Shown here: piece after piece, positions 19,058 to 32,277 of the stretch
Position numbering within the stretch: position 1 is the stretch's first letter
Layout: the number at the start of each line of letters is the position of its first letter
From: an uncultured Gemmatimonadales bacterium
Lineage (GTDB): Bacteria; Gemmatimonadota; Gemmatimonadetes; Longimicrobiales; Gaopeijiaceae
Direction: 5' to 3'
NCBI GenBank assembly: GCA_963809895.1
Contig: CAWELD010000010.1
Coordinates: 448,001-512,000 of the forward strand
Length of the DNA: 64,000 nt
Made by a program: the position numbers and the translations under genes
The notes under the pieces: generated by a model
The model's database searches: none
What the model was told of the DNA's origin: nothing
Seen by the model: only the letters and a program-made list of their open reading frames with translations

Positions 19058-20413
19058 CTACTGGCTGATGGGCTTCTTCACCGGGCCTGTGTCCCACTTC
19101 TGCGCCGACGAGATGTCCGGATAGCCCCAATCCTCGCCGTTCCAGCCCTGGAAGCCGTCCATGCGGAAGGTCCAGAAGCCGGTGGACATGTCGCTGATGA
19201 CGATGAGGCCGTCCTCGTTGCGGACGTCGATGCCGAAGGCGCCGTTGAACTGGGAGTAACGGTCCGTGTTGGGCGGGCCGATGTAGGTGTCGTAGTAGCC
19301 CACGGGCACCGGGTTGGCCGGGTCCTGCAGGTTGAAGATCTGCAGGCCGTCGAGATAGCCGGACACGAACACGTAGGGCCAGCGCACCTCGTGGTTGTGC
19401 ACCAGGTGGGTCCAGTCGGCGGTGAAGGCCGACACGGGGTTGTTGATGTTCTGGCGCTCGCCGTCCAGCGCGGGCTGCAGGTCGAAGATCCTGAGCGGCG
19501 CGTACTGGTATTCGGTCTCGGCCACCACGTAGCGCCCGTCGGGGCTGGGCGTGAAGGTATGGCCGTACGACACGCCGCTGATGCCCGTAAGCGTGATGCG
19601 GAGCTGCGGGTTCTGCAGGTCGGTGATGTCGTAGATGTAGTAGCCGCCGGTGCCGCCGCCGTAGAAGCGGTCCTCACCGCTGTCGGGGTGATAACCGACG
19701 TAGAAGTCGTGATACCCACGGCCACGGCCGCTGCCCAACGCGCCCTCGGGCACGGGCACCCGCGCCACGCGGGCGTTCTCCACGTCGCCGTTCACGACCA
19801 TGCCCAGATCGTAGACGTTGGCGTAGGGGCCGCTCACGGTGGTGAAGAGGTAGACCCCGCCGTTGGAGTGCTTGTAGATGAAGATGTTGTGGAAGCCGCC
19901 GGGCGTCTCCGGCTCGCGGATGCGCGCCACTTCCTTGACCGTGGAGGCGTCGGGAAGGCCGGTCACGTCCAGGATGACCGCGCCCAGATCGTTGTCGGGG
20001 CCGCCGGCGCCGAACTGGAGCGACTGCACCACGTAGTAGCGGTCGCCGATCTTGAAGTGCTTCACGTCCATGCCGCCGGTGCGCTGGTGCAGGTCCTGGT
20101 TCTCGATGCGCCAGCGGTAGAGCACCTGGGGATGCTCCGGATCGGCGATGCTGATGATGTCGGTGCCCTTGGGGCCCTCGTCGCCGTACACCATGCGAGC
20201 GACGTACGCGTAGGGGCGGTCCATCTCCTGCTCCACGTCGATGTCGGCCACCGACAGGCGCGGGCCCAGGGGGACGTGGCCCAGCACCTCGATGTTGTCG
20301 CTCCCCCGCTTCAGGGGAGTCCACGGGGTGGTCTGGGCGGAGGCGGCAAGGGGGATGCTGAGCGCCGCGATTGCGGCGGCCATCAGCACAGGACGGACGC
20401 GGTTCACCGGCAT
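19058..20413 (-). CDS. Secreted LVIVD-repeat beta-propeller protein
   Basis: Signal peptide; repeated IxDxTDxxNP units; His motifs HN, YHD, YGH and VHNH; GYYDTY and GAFG near the end. Confidence 0.8.
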   Translation of the reverse strand: MPVNRVRPVLMAAAIAALSIPLAASAQTTPWTPLKRGSDNIEVLGHVPLGPRLSVADIDVEQEMDRPYAYVARMVYGDEGPKGTDIISIADPEHPQVLYRWRIENQDLHQRTGGMDVKHFKIGDRYYVVQSLQFGAGGPDNDLGAVILDVTGLPDASTVKEVARIREPETPGGFHNIFIYKHSNGGVYLFTTVSGPYANVYDLGMVVNGDVENARVARVPVPEGALGSGRGRGYHDFYVGYHPDSGEDRFYGGGTGGYYIYDITDLQNPQLRITLTGISGVSYGHTFTPSPDGRYVVAETEYQYAPLRIFDLQPALDGERQNINNPVSAFTADWTHLVHNHEVRWPYVFVSGYLDGLQIFNLQDPANPVPVGYYDTYIGPPNTDRYSQFNGAFGIDVRNEDGLIVISDMSTGFWTFRMDGFQGWNGEDWGYPDISSAQKWDTGPVKKPISQ

Positions 20414-20640
20414 GGGGCAACAACCTGGTGGGGAGGGGACCGAAGACGAACGGCACATAGTGGGCCGCGGCGGAGGGTTCCGGCAAGTTCTTTCGCCGAA
20501 TCCCCCCACCGCGGCCCGTAACCGCATGTCAGCAACGCAACTCGCGCGCCGCGAACCCTTCGCGCCGTCCACGCCCCCGCTCGACGCGCTTCGCCTACGC
20601 GCCGAGCGTCATCCCTCGCGGGGCGAGCCCACCGGAACCG

Positions 20641-23589
<2,949 letters not shown>

Positions 23590-23695
23590 GACGAGCTTCC
23601 TGCCGGGGTGAATCGGGGCGGTGGGGGCGATCGGAATACGGTCTACCCTCGGTAACGGGGACGCGCAAGGGAGCCGGAGTGCTGACGCGGGGACC

Positions 23696-24277
23696 CTACC
23701 GGAACAGACGCTCCCCCACGGCACAGGCCTCCACGAGCTTGTTCAATCGCCGCCGCCGGGTCTCCTCGCGCTTGGCCTGCATGACCCAGTGGATGACCAT
23801 TCTCCGGTAGCCCGGGGGTTGGTCCTCGAAGAACGTCCACGCCTCTTTTCGGGCGCGGAACGACTCCACGTACGCGTCGTCCAGGACCGCGTCCTTGCGG
23901 CGCTCGAAGGAGTAGGGCTCGTGCTTGTCCGGGTCGAAGCGGCGAAAGGCCTGGCGTCCGGGCTCGGCGATGCGGCCTTCGGCGGTCAGGGCCTCGTAGC
24001 GCCTCACGTTCACCAGGCTCCACTTGCTGGTCTCGGTGCGGGGCGTGAAGCGGATCGTGTAGCGCTCCTCGTCCAGCTTCTTGCGGATGCCGTCGATCCA
24101 GCCGAAGCAGAGCGCCTCGTCCCGGGCGGTGGGGTAGTCGATGCCGCCCTTGCCCGTGCTCTTCTTCCAGAAGGCGAGCCACAGCTCCACGGACTCCCCG
24201 TGGTGTTCTTCGAGCCAGCGCCGGAACTGGCCGCCGGTGCGGAAGTGCCGGGGATTCTCGTGAGCGTCGCCGCGCAT
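23696..24277 (-). CDS. YdeI/OmpD-associated family protein
   Basis: WLEEHH, EALCFGWIDG, RFTPR...SKWS and AKREETRRRR motifs. Confidence 0.88.
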   Translation of the reverse strand: MRGDAHENPRHFRTGGQFRRWLEEHHGESVELWLAFWKKSTGKGGIDYPTARDEALCFGWIDGIRKKLDEERYTIRFTPRTETSKWSLVNVRRYEALTAEGRIAEPGRQAFRRFDPDKHEPYSFERRKDAVLDDAYVESFRARKEAWTFFEDQPPGYRRMVIHWVMQAKREETRRRRLNKLVEACAVGERLFR

Positions 24278-24282
24278 GGCGC

Positions 24283-25545
24283 TCACCCGGTGGGCGAGCC
24301 TTCCAGGAGTCCCTCGAACGACACCTCGCGGGCCCCGTTCTCGTCGCACACGGCGAAGGTCTTCTCGCCGGTGCCCCACAGCGCGACGCCGGCCCAATCC
24401 CCCTGCTTGCTGAGGATGAAGAAGCGCACGTCGAACGAGGGGAGGCCGTCGCCGTTCAGGAGGCGGGCTTCGATGGTGTTGTCGCGGATGCGGCGCAGCG
24501 TGGCCATGCCCGCGTCCTTGGGGCTCATCCCCTGACGCATGTGCTCCACGATGAGAAAGGAGGACAGGTTGTAGAGGTTGGCCTCGCCGCGACCGGTGGA
24601 GCCGGCGGCGCCGACGTCGTTGTCCACGTAGAGCCCGGCGCCCAGGATGGGCGAGTCGCCGACGCGGCCCGGGATCTTCCAGGCGAGTCCGCTGGTGGTG
24701 GTGACGCCGCAGATGTCGCCGTCGGGACTCACGGCGTCGCAGTTGATGGTGCCCCAGAAGGAGCGCTCGGGGATCAGTCCCTCTCGCACCATGTCGAGTC
24801 CAGCCTGGTACCAGGCGTCGGCGCGGGCGCGGAGCTGGCTCGGGGTGAGGGATGCCGTCTCGGGCTCGCCTTGGTCGCCGCCGCCCCCGCCTGCGCGCCG
24901 GATCAGATCGGGATCGGTCTCGCCACCCCGACCGCCCATGCCCTGCAGCCGCTCGCGGGGGTCCAGCCAGTGGCCGGGGTCGACCCGCCGCTTCCACTCC
25001 AACCAGAGTTGCCGGGATTTCTCGGTGTTGAGGTCGTCCTCGATCTCGAAGCCCAGGTCACGGGCGAACTGACGGGCGCCGGCGCCGGCCAGGAGATGGT
25101 GGTCCGTGAGCTCGGCCACGGCGCGGGCCACCTTCGAGGGCGTGCGCACGCCTTCGATGGCCGCCACGCCGCCGGCCCACTTGCGGGGCCCGTGCATGCA
25201 GCACGAATCGAGCTGCACCACTCCGTCGGCGTTGGGGAGTCCCCCGTAGCCGATCCCCGATTCTTCGGGATCCAGCTCGGGGATGTTGACGCCGGCGATG
25301 AGCGCATCCAGGACGTCCTCGCCCGAGGTGATGCCCCGGAAGGCCCGCTCCACGGCATTCTCGGGCCCACCGTTGCGGAATTCGATTCCGCTGAGGTCGG
25401 AGATCACTACCGGCCGTACCGCCCGGCGCACCAGCATCTCCGGGCTCCGGTGCTCGTTCAGGGCCGCGGCCAGGCTCGAGGGGCCAGCGGCGAGGGCGCC
25501 GGCGGCACCGGCCGCTCCGGTCTTCACGAAGTCGCGTCGCTTCAT
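24283..25545 (-). CDS. Tat-exported Ntn-hydrolase (glycosylasparaginase/isoaspartyl peptidase family)
   Basis: MKRRDFVK Tat motif; GYGGLPN, GTI, TTSG...GRVGDSP and TGRGE. Confidence 0.9.
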   Translation of the reverse strand: MKRRDFVKTGAAGAAGALAAGPSSLAAALNEHRSPEMLVRRAVRPVVISDLSGIEFRNGGPENAVERAFRGITSGEDVLDALIAGVNIPELDPEESGIGYGGLPNADGVVQLDSCCMHGPRKWAGGVAAIEGVRTPSKVARAVAELTDHHLLAGAGARQFARDLGFEIEDDLNTEKSRQLWLEWKRRVDPGHWLDPRERLQGMGGRGGETDPDLIRRAGGGGGDQGEPETASLTPSQLRARADAWYQAGLDMVREGLIPERSFWGTINCDAVSPDGDICGVTTTSGLAWKIPGRVGDSPILGAGLYVDNDVGAAGSTGRGEANLYNLSSFLIVEHMRQGMSPKDAGMATLRRIRDNTIEARLLNGDGLPSFDVRFFILSKQGDWAGVALWGTGEKTFAVCDENGAREVSFEGLLEGSPTG

Positions 25546-25705
25546 GGGTCGCGTGGGTTGGGGAACGAGACGCCTCGGAAGGCGACGGCGCCCCGGCCCA
25601 TCGAGCTTGCGAGTCGGCGAGTGGCGAGGCAAGCGCGGGCGGTGGAATGCGTCATGCAACGAAGAGTGTGTGGAGCGGGAGTCCACCCACCACGAGGAGA
25701 CGACG

Positions 25706-26843
25706 ATTGCGACGCTGTGGCATCGGCTGACCCGTGTGCTCCGCGCCGTGTACCGCGGATTTCGGGGGATTCTGCGCGTCGTGACCCGGCCCGTGCGGCG
25801 CCACCGGGGGCTGGAAGGCGTGGTGGTCCAGCCCTATCGGGGCTACGGCACCCGCGACGAGGTGCACCTCATGGGGCGGGTTTTCCACCAGCCACGCTTC
25901 GGGCAGGGGCTGCCCGCGGGCAGCCTGCGCCGGCAACTGGCAGACGCCCTTCGGCGCTTCGTGCGCTGGGGGCTCGGGGGCGCGCAGGTGACCGCCCGGC
26001 TCGCCGGCGGCACCGCCCGGGTGCAGACCGATCGCGACGGCTACTTCCATCTCGATCTGGCGCCCGACGACGTGCCGGAGCGGGACCGGCTCTGGCACGA
26101 GGTGGAGTTGGAGGTGGCGGCCGAGGGAACCCGGGTACGCGATGCCGGCGAGGTGTTCATCCCTCCGGCCAGCGCCCGCTTCGTGGTCATCAGCGACATC
26201 GACGACACGGTCATGGAGACGGGCGTGGCCAACCGCCTGAAGATGATGTGGCGCCTCTTCGTGCAGGGCGCCGAGAGCCGGGTGGCGTTCGCCGGGGTCG
26301 GAGCGTTGTACCGGGGATTCCATCGCGGGCGTGGGGGCGGCGGAGGAGAACCCCATGCTCTACGTGTCCCGGGCGCCGTGGAGCATCTACGAGGTGCTGG
26401 CGCGCTTCTTCCAGCTCCACCGCATCCCCGTGGGTCCCATCCTCTTTCTCCGGGAGTGGGGACTCACGCTGCAGCGGCCGTGGCCCCGGCGAGCGATCGA
26501 TCACAAGCGGGATCTGATCCGGGGGATGTTGGACCGGTACGAGGGCCTGCCGTTCATCCTGGTGGGGGACAGCGGCCAGCACGATCCCGAGATCTACGCG
26601 CGCATCGTGGAGGAGAACCCCGGGCGCGTGCTGGCGGTCTACATCCGCGACGTGGATCCGGCCGAGGCACGACGCGACGAGGTTCGCCGCCTGGCCCGGC
26701 GGCTCGAGGAGGCCGGCAGTCCCCTCATCCTGGCCGCCGACAGCGCCGCCATGGCCGAGCACGCGGCGCGCGAGGGCTACATCGACGCGGAGGCGCTGGG
26801 GGAGGTGGTGGGGGGCGGGGTGGACGCCCTCACCCGCTCCTGA
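25706..26843 (+). pseudogene. App1-family (DUF2183) phosphatase-like protein with one frameshift near 26330
   Basis: VISDIDDT in the first frame; YVS, GP.FLR, K and LVGDSGQHDPEIY in the +1 frame; shift lies in G runs. May be a sequencing error. Confidence 0.8.
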
Positions 26844-29163
26844 TGACGACCCGGTGCCGGCCTGCCGTCAGCGAGACGTCCGGTCGGGTCACCTCGGTCC
26901 GGCGGCCGTCCACCAGGGTCCCGAACGAATCCCCGGCCAGCGCGACCCTGAGGCGTGCGGGGCGCTCGAGGTGCACGTCGGCCGAGACCCCGTCTGCGGT
27001 GAGCTCCAGGTGGCGCAGCACGGCCGGGGCGTCGAGGCTCAGCGTCGGCAAGCCGTCGGCCCGCACGTCGAGGCCGTCCTGGGATGTCGCGACCGACCAG
27101 CTTCGGCCACGGAGCACGAGGCGCTCGATGGAGAGCGGGCCGTTCGGGCGGAGGCTGCCCACGCGCAGGCCGTCCCAGGGCGTGACGTCGGCCAGCTCTT
27201 CGAGCGCCAGCAGTCCCAGCAGCGGCCCCCAGCTCTGATGCCGCCGGCCGCCGCCCTCGCCCGTGCGGCTGTCGAAGTTCTCGCGGGCCAGCCCGGTGCG
27301 CTGCCAGGCCGTGAGGAAGAGCTCGGCGCTCGTGCGAGCCAGGTCGGCGGCCTGGGCGTCGAAGCCGTAGCGCTTGAGGCCCTGGTAGACGAGGTAGTTG
27401 ATCGGAGGCCAGATCGTGCCCCGCCAGTACTGTTGCTCGGCAAAGTGCGGGTCGTCGCGGCTGACGGTGGGGATGAGCCAGCGGCCGCCGAAGAGCTCGG
27501 GGTCCTCGAGGTGCTCGACCACGCGCGCCGCCCGGTCCCCGTCGGGGATCCCTGCGGCCAGCGCCAGGAAGTGCGAGGCGGCGCGGCACCGCGCCCATTC
27601 GCCGTCGGCCAGGCGGTCGCGGTAGCTGCCGGAGTCCGGGTCCCACAGCACCTCGTTCACCCGGGCGCGCAGGACCTCGGCGCGGTGGCGATGCGCGGAG
27701 GCGGCGGCTGCCGTCGCCCAGGAGCTCGGCCATGCGCGCCAGGCACTCCTCGTCCAGCACCCGGTAGGCATTGAGGTCCACGGGCGTGAGGTCCAGGACG
27801 CCGGCGTCGCGGTCGAAGGCGGCCTCGTCCCAGGTGGGCAGGTCGTCCTGGCCCGACTCCCAGGCAGCGAGCTGACGGGGGGTGGCGTCGCGCTCCCAGG
27901 GCGGCGCGTGGGGATCCACGAGGTCGAGGTCGGCCCCCCAGGAGAAGAGGCCGTCGCGGAGGGCGGCCCGCCGCGGACGGCCACGGGCGGTGGGGGCGCT
28001 CCACCAGGCGGCCCAGCGAGCCAGCCCGGGATACGCCGCCTCCAGGATGCGGCGGTCGCCGGTGCGCAGGTGGAGCTTGAGTGCGGCCAGGCTCCCCACC
28101 GGAGGCTGCGAGCGGTCCGGCGTGCCGCCGAAGCGGCCGCGCCAGTTGGGGACGCAGCCGTTGTCGTAGGCGGTGGCCAGGCCCGCTTCCAGCGCGGCCC
28201 GGGCGAGGTCGGGGCTCTCCAGCCCCAACTCCAGGGCATTGAAGTAGCTGTCCCAGCCGAACAGGGTCCAGTGGTCGCGGCCGCCGCCCCGCTCCGGCGC
28301 TCGCGGAAAGACCCAGCTCCGGCCCGCGGGGGAATAGAGGCGGCCGCTCTCGGGCTGCACCAGGACCAGCGCGTGCAGCGTGTCCGCCACCGCCGACGAC
28401 AGGCCTTCCCAGGCGCCGCCGCTCTCAGGGCGGGAGGCCTCGTAGGCGGCGCGGGCGCTGGCGAGGCGGGCGGCGATGGAAGAGAGGACGCGCGTCGGGC
28501 GATGCACCGGCAGGCGCCGCGGAGCGCTGCCGCGAATCGCCACCCTCGATCGCCGCGCCGGCAGTCCGAGGCCCGCCGGCGAGTCCCCGGGCCGCGTCCA
28601 TGGCCGAACCGGCCACCCGGTCCAGGGCCGCCGCCAACTCCACCGTCACGGCGCCGTCCCAGACGAGCTCGTCGCCGTCGCTCGGCTGGGTAACGACGCG
28701 CCCCGGGCGGCTCACCACCACGGCGGCGTGCCATCCCCCCTCGGTACGTCCTCGAAGCTCGTGGCCCGAAACCTCCCAGGCGCCCTGCCAGTCCCAGGGC
28801 AGATAGGGGCGCATCACCAGCGCGCCCGGCCCCGCGAAGGTGATGCGGGCCACCACGCCCCGGTCGCCGGCCCGGGCCCACTCCACGATCAGGCCGGACG
28901 GACGGCCCGCGCGGTCCGGGGTGGGCGTGGACTCGCCCTGGCCCCACGGCAGCTCCAGGTCGAAGCCCACCCGGGCGTAGCGGCCGTCGGGCGCCCACGG
29001 CCCCACGTCGTGGGCCAGGGCGTAGAGGTCGGCGCCGTCGGCCTCCTCGTCGACCCCGCCGCACGGCGAAGCGGAAGGCCAGGCCCTGGTCCGGCCCCGG
29101 GCACAGCACCAGCCCGGCCCAGGCGTGCCCGTCCAGGGCGCCGATGTGCACCGCGTCGGGCAC
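26830..29163 (-). pseudogene. MGH1/trehalase-like (GH63-like) glycoside hydrolase with about three frameshifts
   Basis: LFGWDSYF, DRSQPP, WESGQDD, YWRGTIW and ENF motifs spread over frames; shifts near 29055, ~28500 and ~27705. Confidence 0.8.
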
Positions 29164-29165
29164 GG

Positions 29166-31817
29166 CTACGAGCCGGCGGGCCCCAGTCGGATCTCGGCGG
29201 GAGCACGCCGCCCGGGACCCGCGGGGATGCGCACCTCCAGGAAGGTCAGATCCGGCGAAGCGATGCGCTCACCGACTTCGGCGGGTCCGTCACGCACCTC
29301 CACCGGAATCCCCCGGAGCACCAGCGGGTAGGTGAGCTCGCGCTCGCCCTCGACGGTGAGCAGCCAGCCGTCGCCGTCGCGTGTGAAGTCCACCACGCGA
29401 ATCCCCCGACTCTCCTGACCGGGCGTGAGCTCCACGTAGGGGGCCGCCACCTCGAGTCCGCCGCTCCAGGTGATCCGGACCACGTGCTCGTCGCCGTCCA
29501 GCGGCACCTCCACCGGAAGCGTGCCGTCGTGCGGGCCCTGGGTGACACCGCCCTCGGCGGACTCGCCATCGATCTCGAGCGACACGTCGCGGGCGCCCAG
29601 CGGCACTGACTGCACCAGGTCCAGCACCACCGGTGGTCCCCGGGAGTCCAGCGTCACGACCGCGGTCCCTGCGGCGCGGTAGATGTCCGCATCGATGGCG
29701 GTTTCGCCCACCCGCAGATCCTCCACCACCACGCGGTCCCACTCGGGCGGGAGCTGGGGCGCCAGCGTCGCGTGACCCCGGGGTGCGTCCGGTTCCCATC
29801 CGAGCATCCCCCGGACCAGGGGCGTCACCAGCATGGAGGTGGCGAAGAACTGCTGCGGGACGGTGGCGTCCATGGGCGTGTAATACGCGCCGGACAGGTT
29901 CTCGGGAAAGCGCCCCCGGGACCAGTCGAAGGTGAGCTGCTTGACCGCGTCCACCAGGTGCGCGCCCGCCCAGGGCCGCCGGTATTCGTACTGTCCCCAG
30001 GCCACGAATCCGGTCATGAAGGGCCACACGGCGCCGTTGTTGTAGTGGAGCGGATCGTAGAGGTCGCTCCCCACGGACAGCAGGCGCGCGCCCCAGTCCG
30101 ACGAGATGGAATCGGTGGCCAGCTTGCGCAGCGTGCGCTCGGCCCGGGGCGGGTCCAGGAGCCGGAAGGACAGCGCGGTGCCGGGCCAGGCGGTGAGGTT
30201 GTCGTTGGTGCCGCCGCCCTGGAGGATGCCGAAGGCGTGCTGGTCGTCGCCGGGCCGCCAGTAGCGCTCGTTCAGGGTCGTGAGCGCCGTGCTGCGAATC
30301 CCCCGGGCGCGCTCCGCTAACGCGTCGTCGTCCATGAGATGGGCGAGCTCGTCGGTGGCCTGGAGCGCCTCGATCCACACCGCGGCCAGGTAGATGTCTT
30401 CGTGCAGGTTCTCACCCAGCCCGCCCACTTCGATGGCGCCGTAGCCGCCCACCGTGTTCTCGATGATGCCGTCACCGTCGGTCTCGGCGGTGAGGCACCA
30501 CGCCCACGCCTTCCGGTAGGCGTCCCACAGCTCGCGCACCGTGGCGTCGTCGCCGCTGGCCCGCCAGTACTCCCACAGCGCCACCATCCAGTAGGGCGTG
30601 GTGTCGGCGTGGTAGTAGGGGTAGGGGAAGCGCCGGAACCAGTCGACGTAGGTGGCGGCCTGGCTGATCTCGTGGGGCATCTTGCCGTCGTCGCGCTGGT
30701 ACTTCGCCAGGAAGCGCAGATCCTCGGCCACCAGATCCCACTGGCCCACGGCGTCCATGGCCAGCGAATTGATGGCGGCGTCGCCCCCGAAGAACCAGCC
30801 GAAGCCGGGCCGGGTGCTGGCCGAGCCGCTGGCACCCCAGCCCGCCACCAGCCCGCAGCCCAGGGTGGGATTGCAGACCCGCTGCTCCTCGAGGTTGATC
30901 TTGGCCCACTCCAGCGCCAGGTCCAGGGCATCGTCGGGCGTGTCCACCGTGGTGGTGCTGGCCAGCACCGAGTCGGCCCAGGCGCGGTTCTCCCGGTAGA
31001 TGTCCTGGGCGTGACTCAGCAGGTCGTCGTAGGCGGCGAACACGTCGTCGCGCGATGCGGTGCCGCCGGCCACGGCGATGGGGATGAACTCCCGGGCCGC
31101 CCGGGCCGAATCCACGGGGATGACGAAGGTGGCCGGGGCCTCGGCGAGCTGGTGCGCCGGGTGGGCCTCGCCCTGGGAATCCCACGACGTGCCGATGACC
31201 GCATTGCGCTCCTGCAGGCTCTCGCTCAGGACGAAGGCGTCGTGGTCCTCGTCCCAGAAGACGTACTGCCCGCCGAAGGCCCCGGGCCACATGTACTGGA
31301 GCACCGGCTGGAACTCGACCTCCACCTCCAGCGGCTCGAAGGTGTCCACCTCCAGGAGCACCAGCAGCCCGGGCCGGTCCCGGGGCGCCAGGATGTGCTC
31401 CTTCACGGTGAAGGCCATGTGGCTGTAGGTGATGGTGGTGGCCTCCGGTCGCACCTCGATGGTGCGGGCCACGTTGCTGCCGGCGATGGGCTGCCGATAC
31501 TGGGGCACCTTGAAGCGGAGCTGGAAATCCCTGGCGATCTTCAGGGGATGCACCCACAGCTCCGCGGCTCCGGTTTCCGAGCCCAGCCACGCGCTCCGCG
31601 GGCCGGTCACGCCCAGGTACTGGCCGGGGCGGACCTCCTCCACGAGCGAGATGGGCGACGGCGTGATCTCGAAGCGGGGGACCGAGGGATGCTCGCCCTC
31701 GCCGGGCACATCGGTGCGGCCCACCTGGGCCGAGGCGGGAGACGGCGCCATGAGGCCGGCGACGAGCAGCCCGACCAGGGCTGTAGCGGGGGAGAGACGA
31801 ACGCGGTGGCGAGGCAC
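29166..31817 (-). CDS. Secreted amylo-alpha-1,6-glucosidase-like (six-hairpin) glycoside hydrolase
   Basis: WFFGGD, GKMPHEI, YHADTTP, YNNGAVWP and FPE motifs; signal peptide; GAGGAG before the GTG. Confidence 0.85.
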   Translation of the reverse strand: MPRHRVRLSPATALVGLLVAGLMAPSPASAQVGRTDVPGEGEHPSVPRFEITPSPISLVEEVRPGQYLGVTGPRSAWLGSETGAAELWVHPLKIARDFQLRFKVPQYRQPIAGSNVARTIEVRPEATTITYSHMAFTVKEHILAPRDRPGLLVLLEVDTFEPLEVEVEFQPVLQYMWPGAFGGQYVFWDEDHDAFVLSESLQERNAVIGTSWDSQGEAHPAHQLAEAPATFVIPVDSARAAREFIPIAVAGGTASRDDVFAAYDDLLSHAQDIYRENRAWADSVLASTTTVDTPDDALDLALEWAKINLEEQRVCNPTLGCGLVAGWGASGSASTRPGFGWFFGGDAAINSLAMDAVGQWDLVAEDLRFLAKYQRDDGKMPHEISQAATYVDWFRRFPYPYYHADTTPYWMVALWEYWRASGDDATVRELWDAYRKAWAWCLTAETDGDGIIENTVGGYGAIEVGGLGENLHEDIYLAAVWIEALQATDELAHLMDDDALAERARGIRSTALTTLNERYWRPGDDQHAFGILQGGGTNDNLTAWPGTALSFRLLDPPRAERTLRKLATDSISSDWGARLLSVGSDLYDPLHYNNGAVWPFMTGFVAWGQYEYRRPWAGAHLVDAVKQLTFDWSRGRFPENLSGAYYTPMDATVPQQFFATSMLVTPLVRGMLGWEPDAPRGHATLAPQLPPEWDRVVVEDLRVGETAIDADIYRAAGTAVVTLDSRGPPVVLDLVQSVPLGARDVSLEIDGESAEGGVTQGPHDGTLPVEVPLDGDEHVVRITWSGGLEVAAPYVELTPGQESRGIRVVDFTRDGDGWLLTVEGERELTYPLVLRGIPVEVRDGPAEVGERIASPDLTFLEVRIPAGPGRRAPAEIRLGPAGS

Positions 31818-31956
31818 TCCGGCTCCTCGTGGTTGGGGGACGGGGACCCTCCGACACTACTCCCGACGCCAGGCCGGCGACAGGGCAGCCTTGACGGCAG
31901 GCGCGCTTTAAATTCAAATTAAATAAAAATATCCCTCCTTCAACTTGAGCCGTGCC

Positions 31957-32277
31957 ATGGCATCCCACCTCACCGACCTCGAGCAACTCCTGCTGCTGGC
32001 GGCTCTCCGCCAGCCCGACGAGGCCCATGGCGCCGCGCTCCAGGAGGACATCCAGGAGGTGGCTGGCCGGCGCGTGTCGCTGGGGAGCATCCACCTCACC
32101 ATGAGCCGGCTCGAGGAGCAGGGGCTGGTGCACTCGGAGCTGGGTGAGCCCACCGGTGGTCGGGGAGGCAAGGCCCGCCGGCTCTACCGCGTGACCTCCG
32201 AGGGCCGCGACGAGCTGCGGCGCACACGCGAGATCTTCGAGCAGATGTGGTCCGAGGTGCCACAGGAGGCTCGATGA
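31957..32277 (+). CDS. PadR-family transcriptional regulator
   Basis: HG, SLGSIH.T..RLEEQG and GG.ARR.Y.VT..G winged-helix pattern. Confidence 0.9.
   Translation: MASHLTDLEQLLLLAALRQPDEAHGAALQEDIQEVAGRRVSLGSIHLTMSRLEEQGLVHSELGEPTGGRGGKARRLYRVTSEGRDELRRTREIFEQMWSEVPQEAR

Noticed and set aside
24283..25545. Gly-rich insertion before the catalytic Thr of the Ntn-hydrolase as an intein-like element
   Set aside because: It lies in the naturally variable autoprocessing linker and has no splicing motifs.
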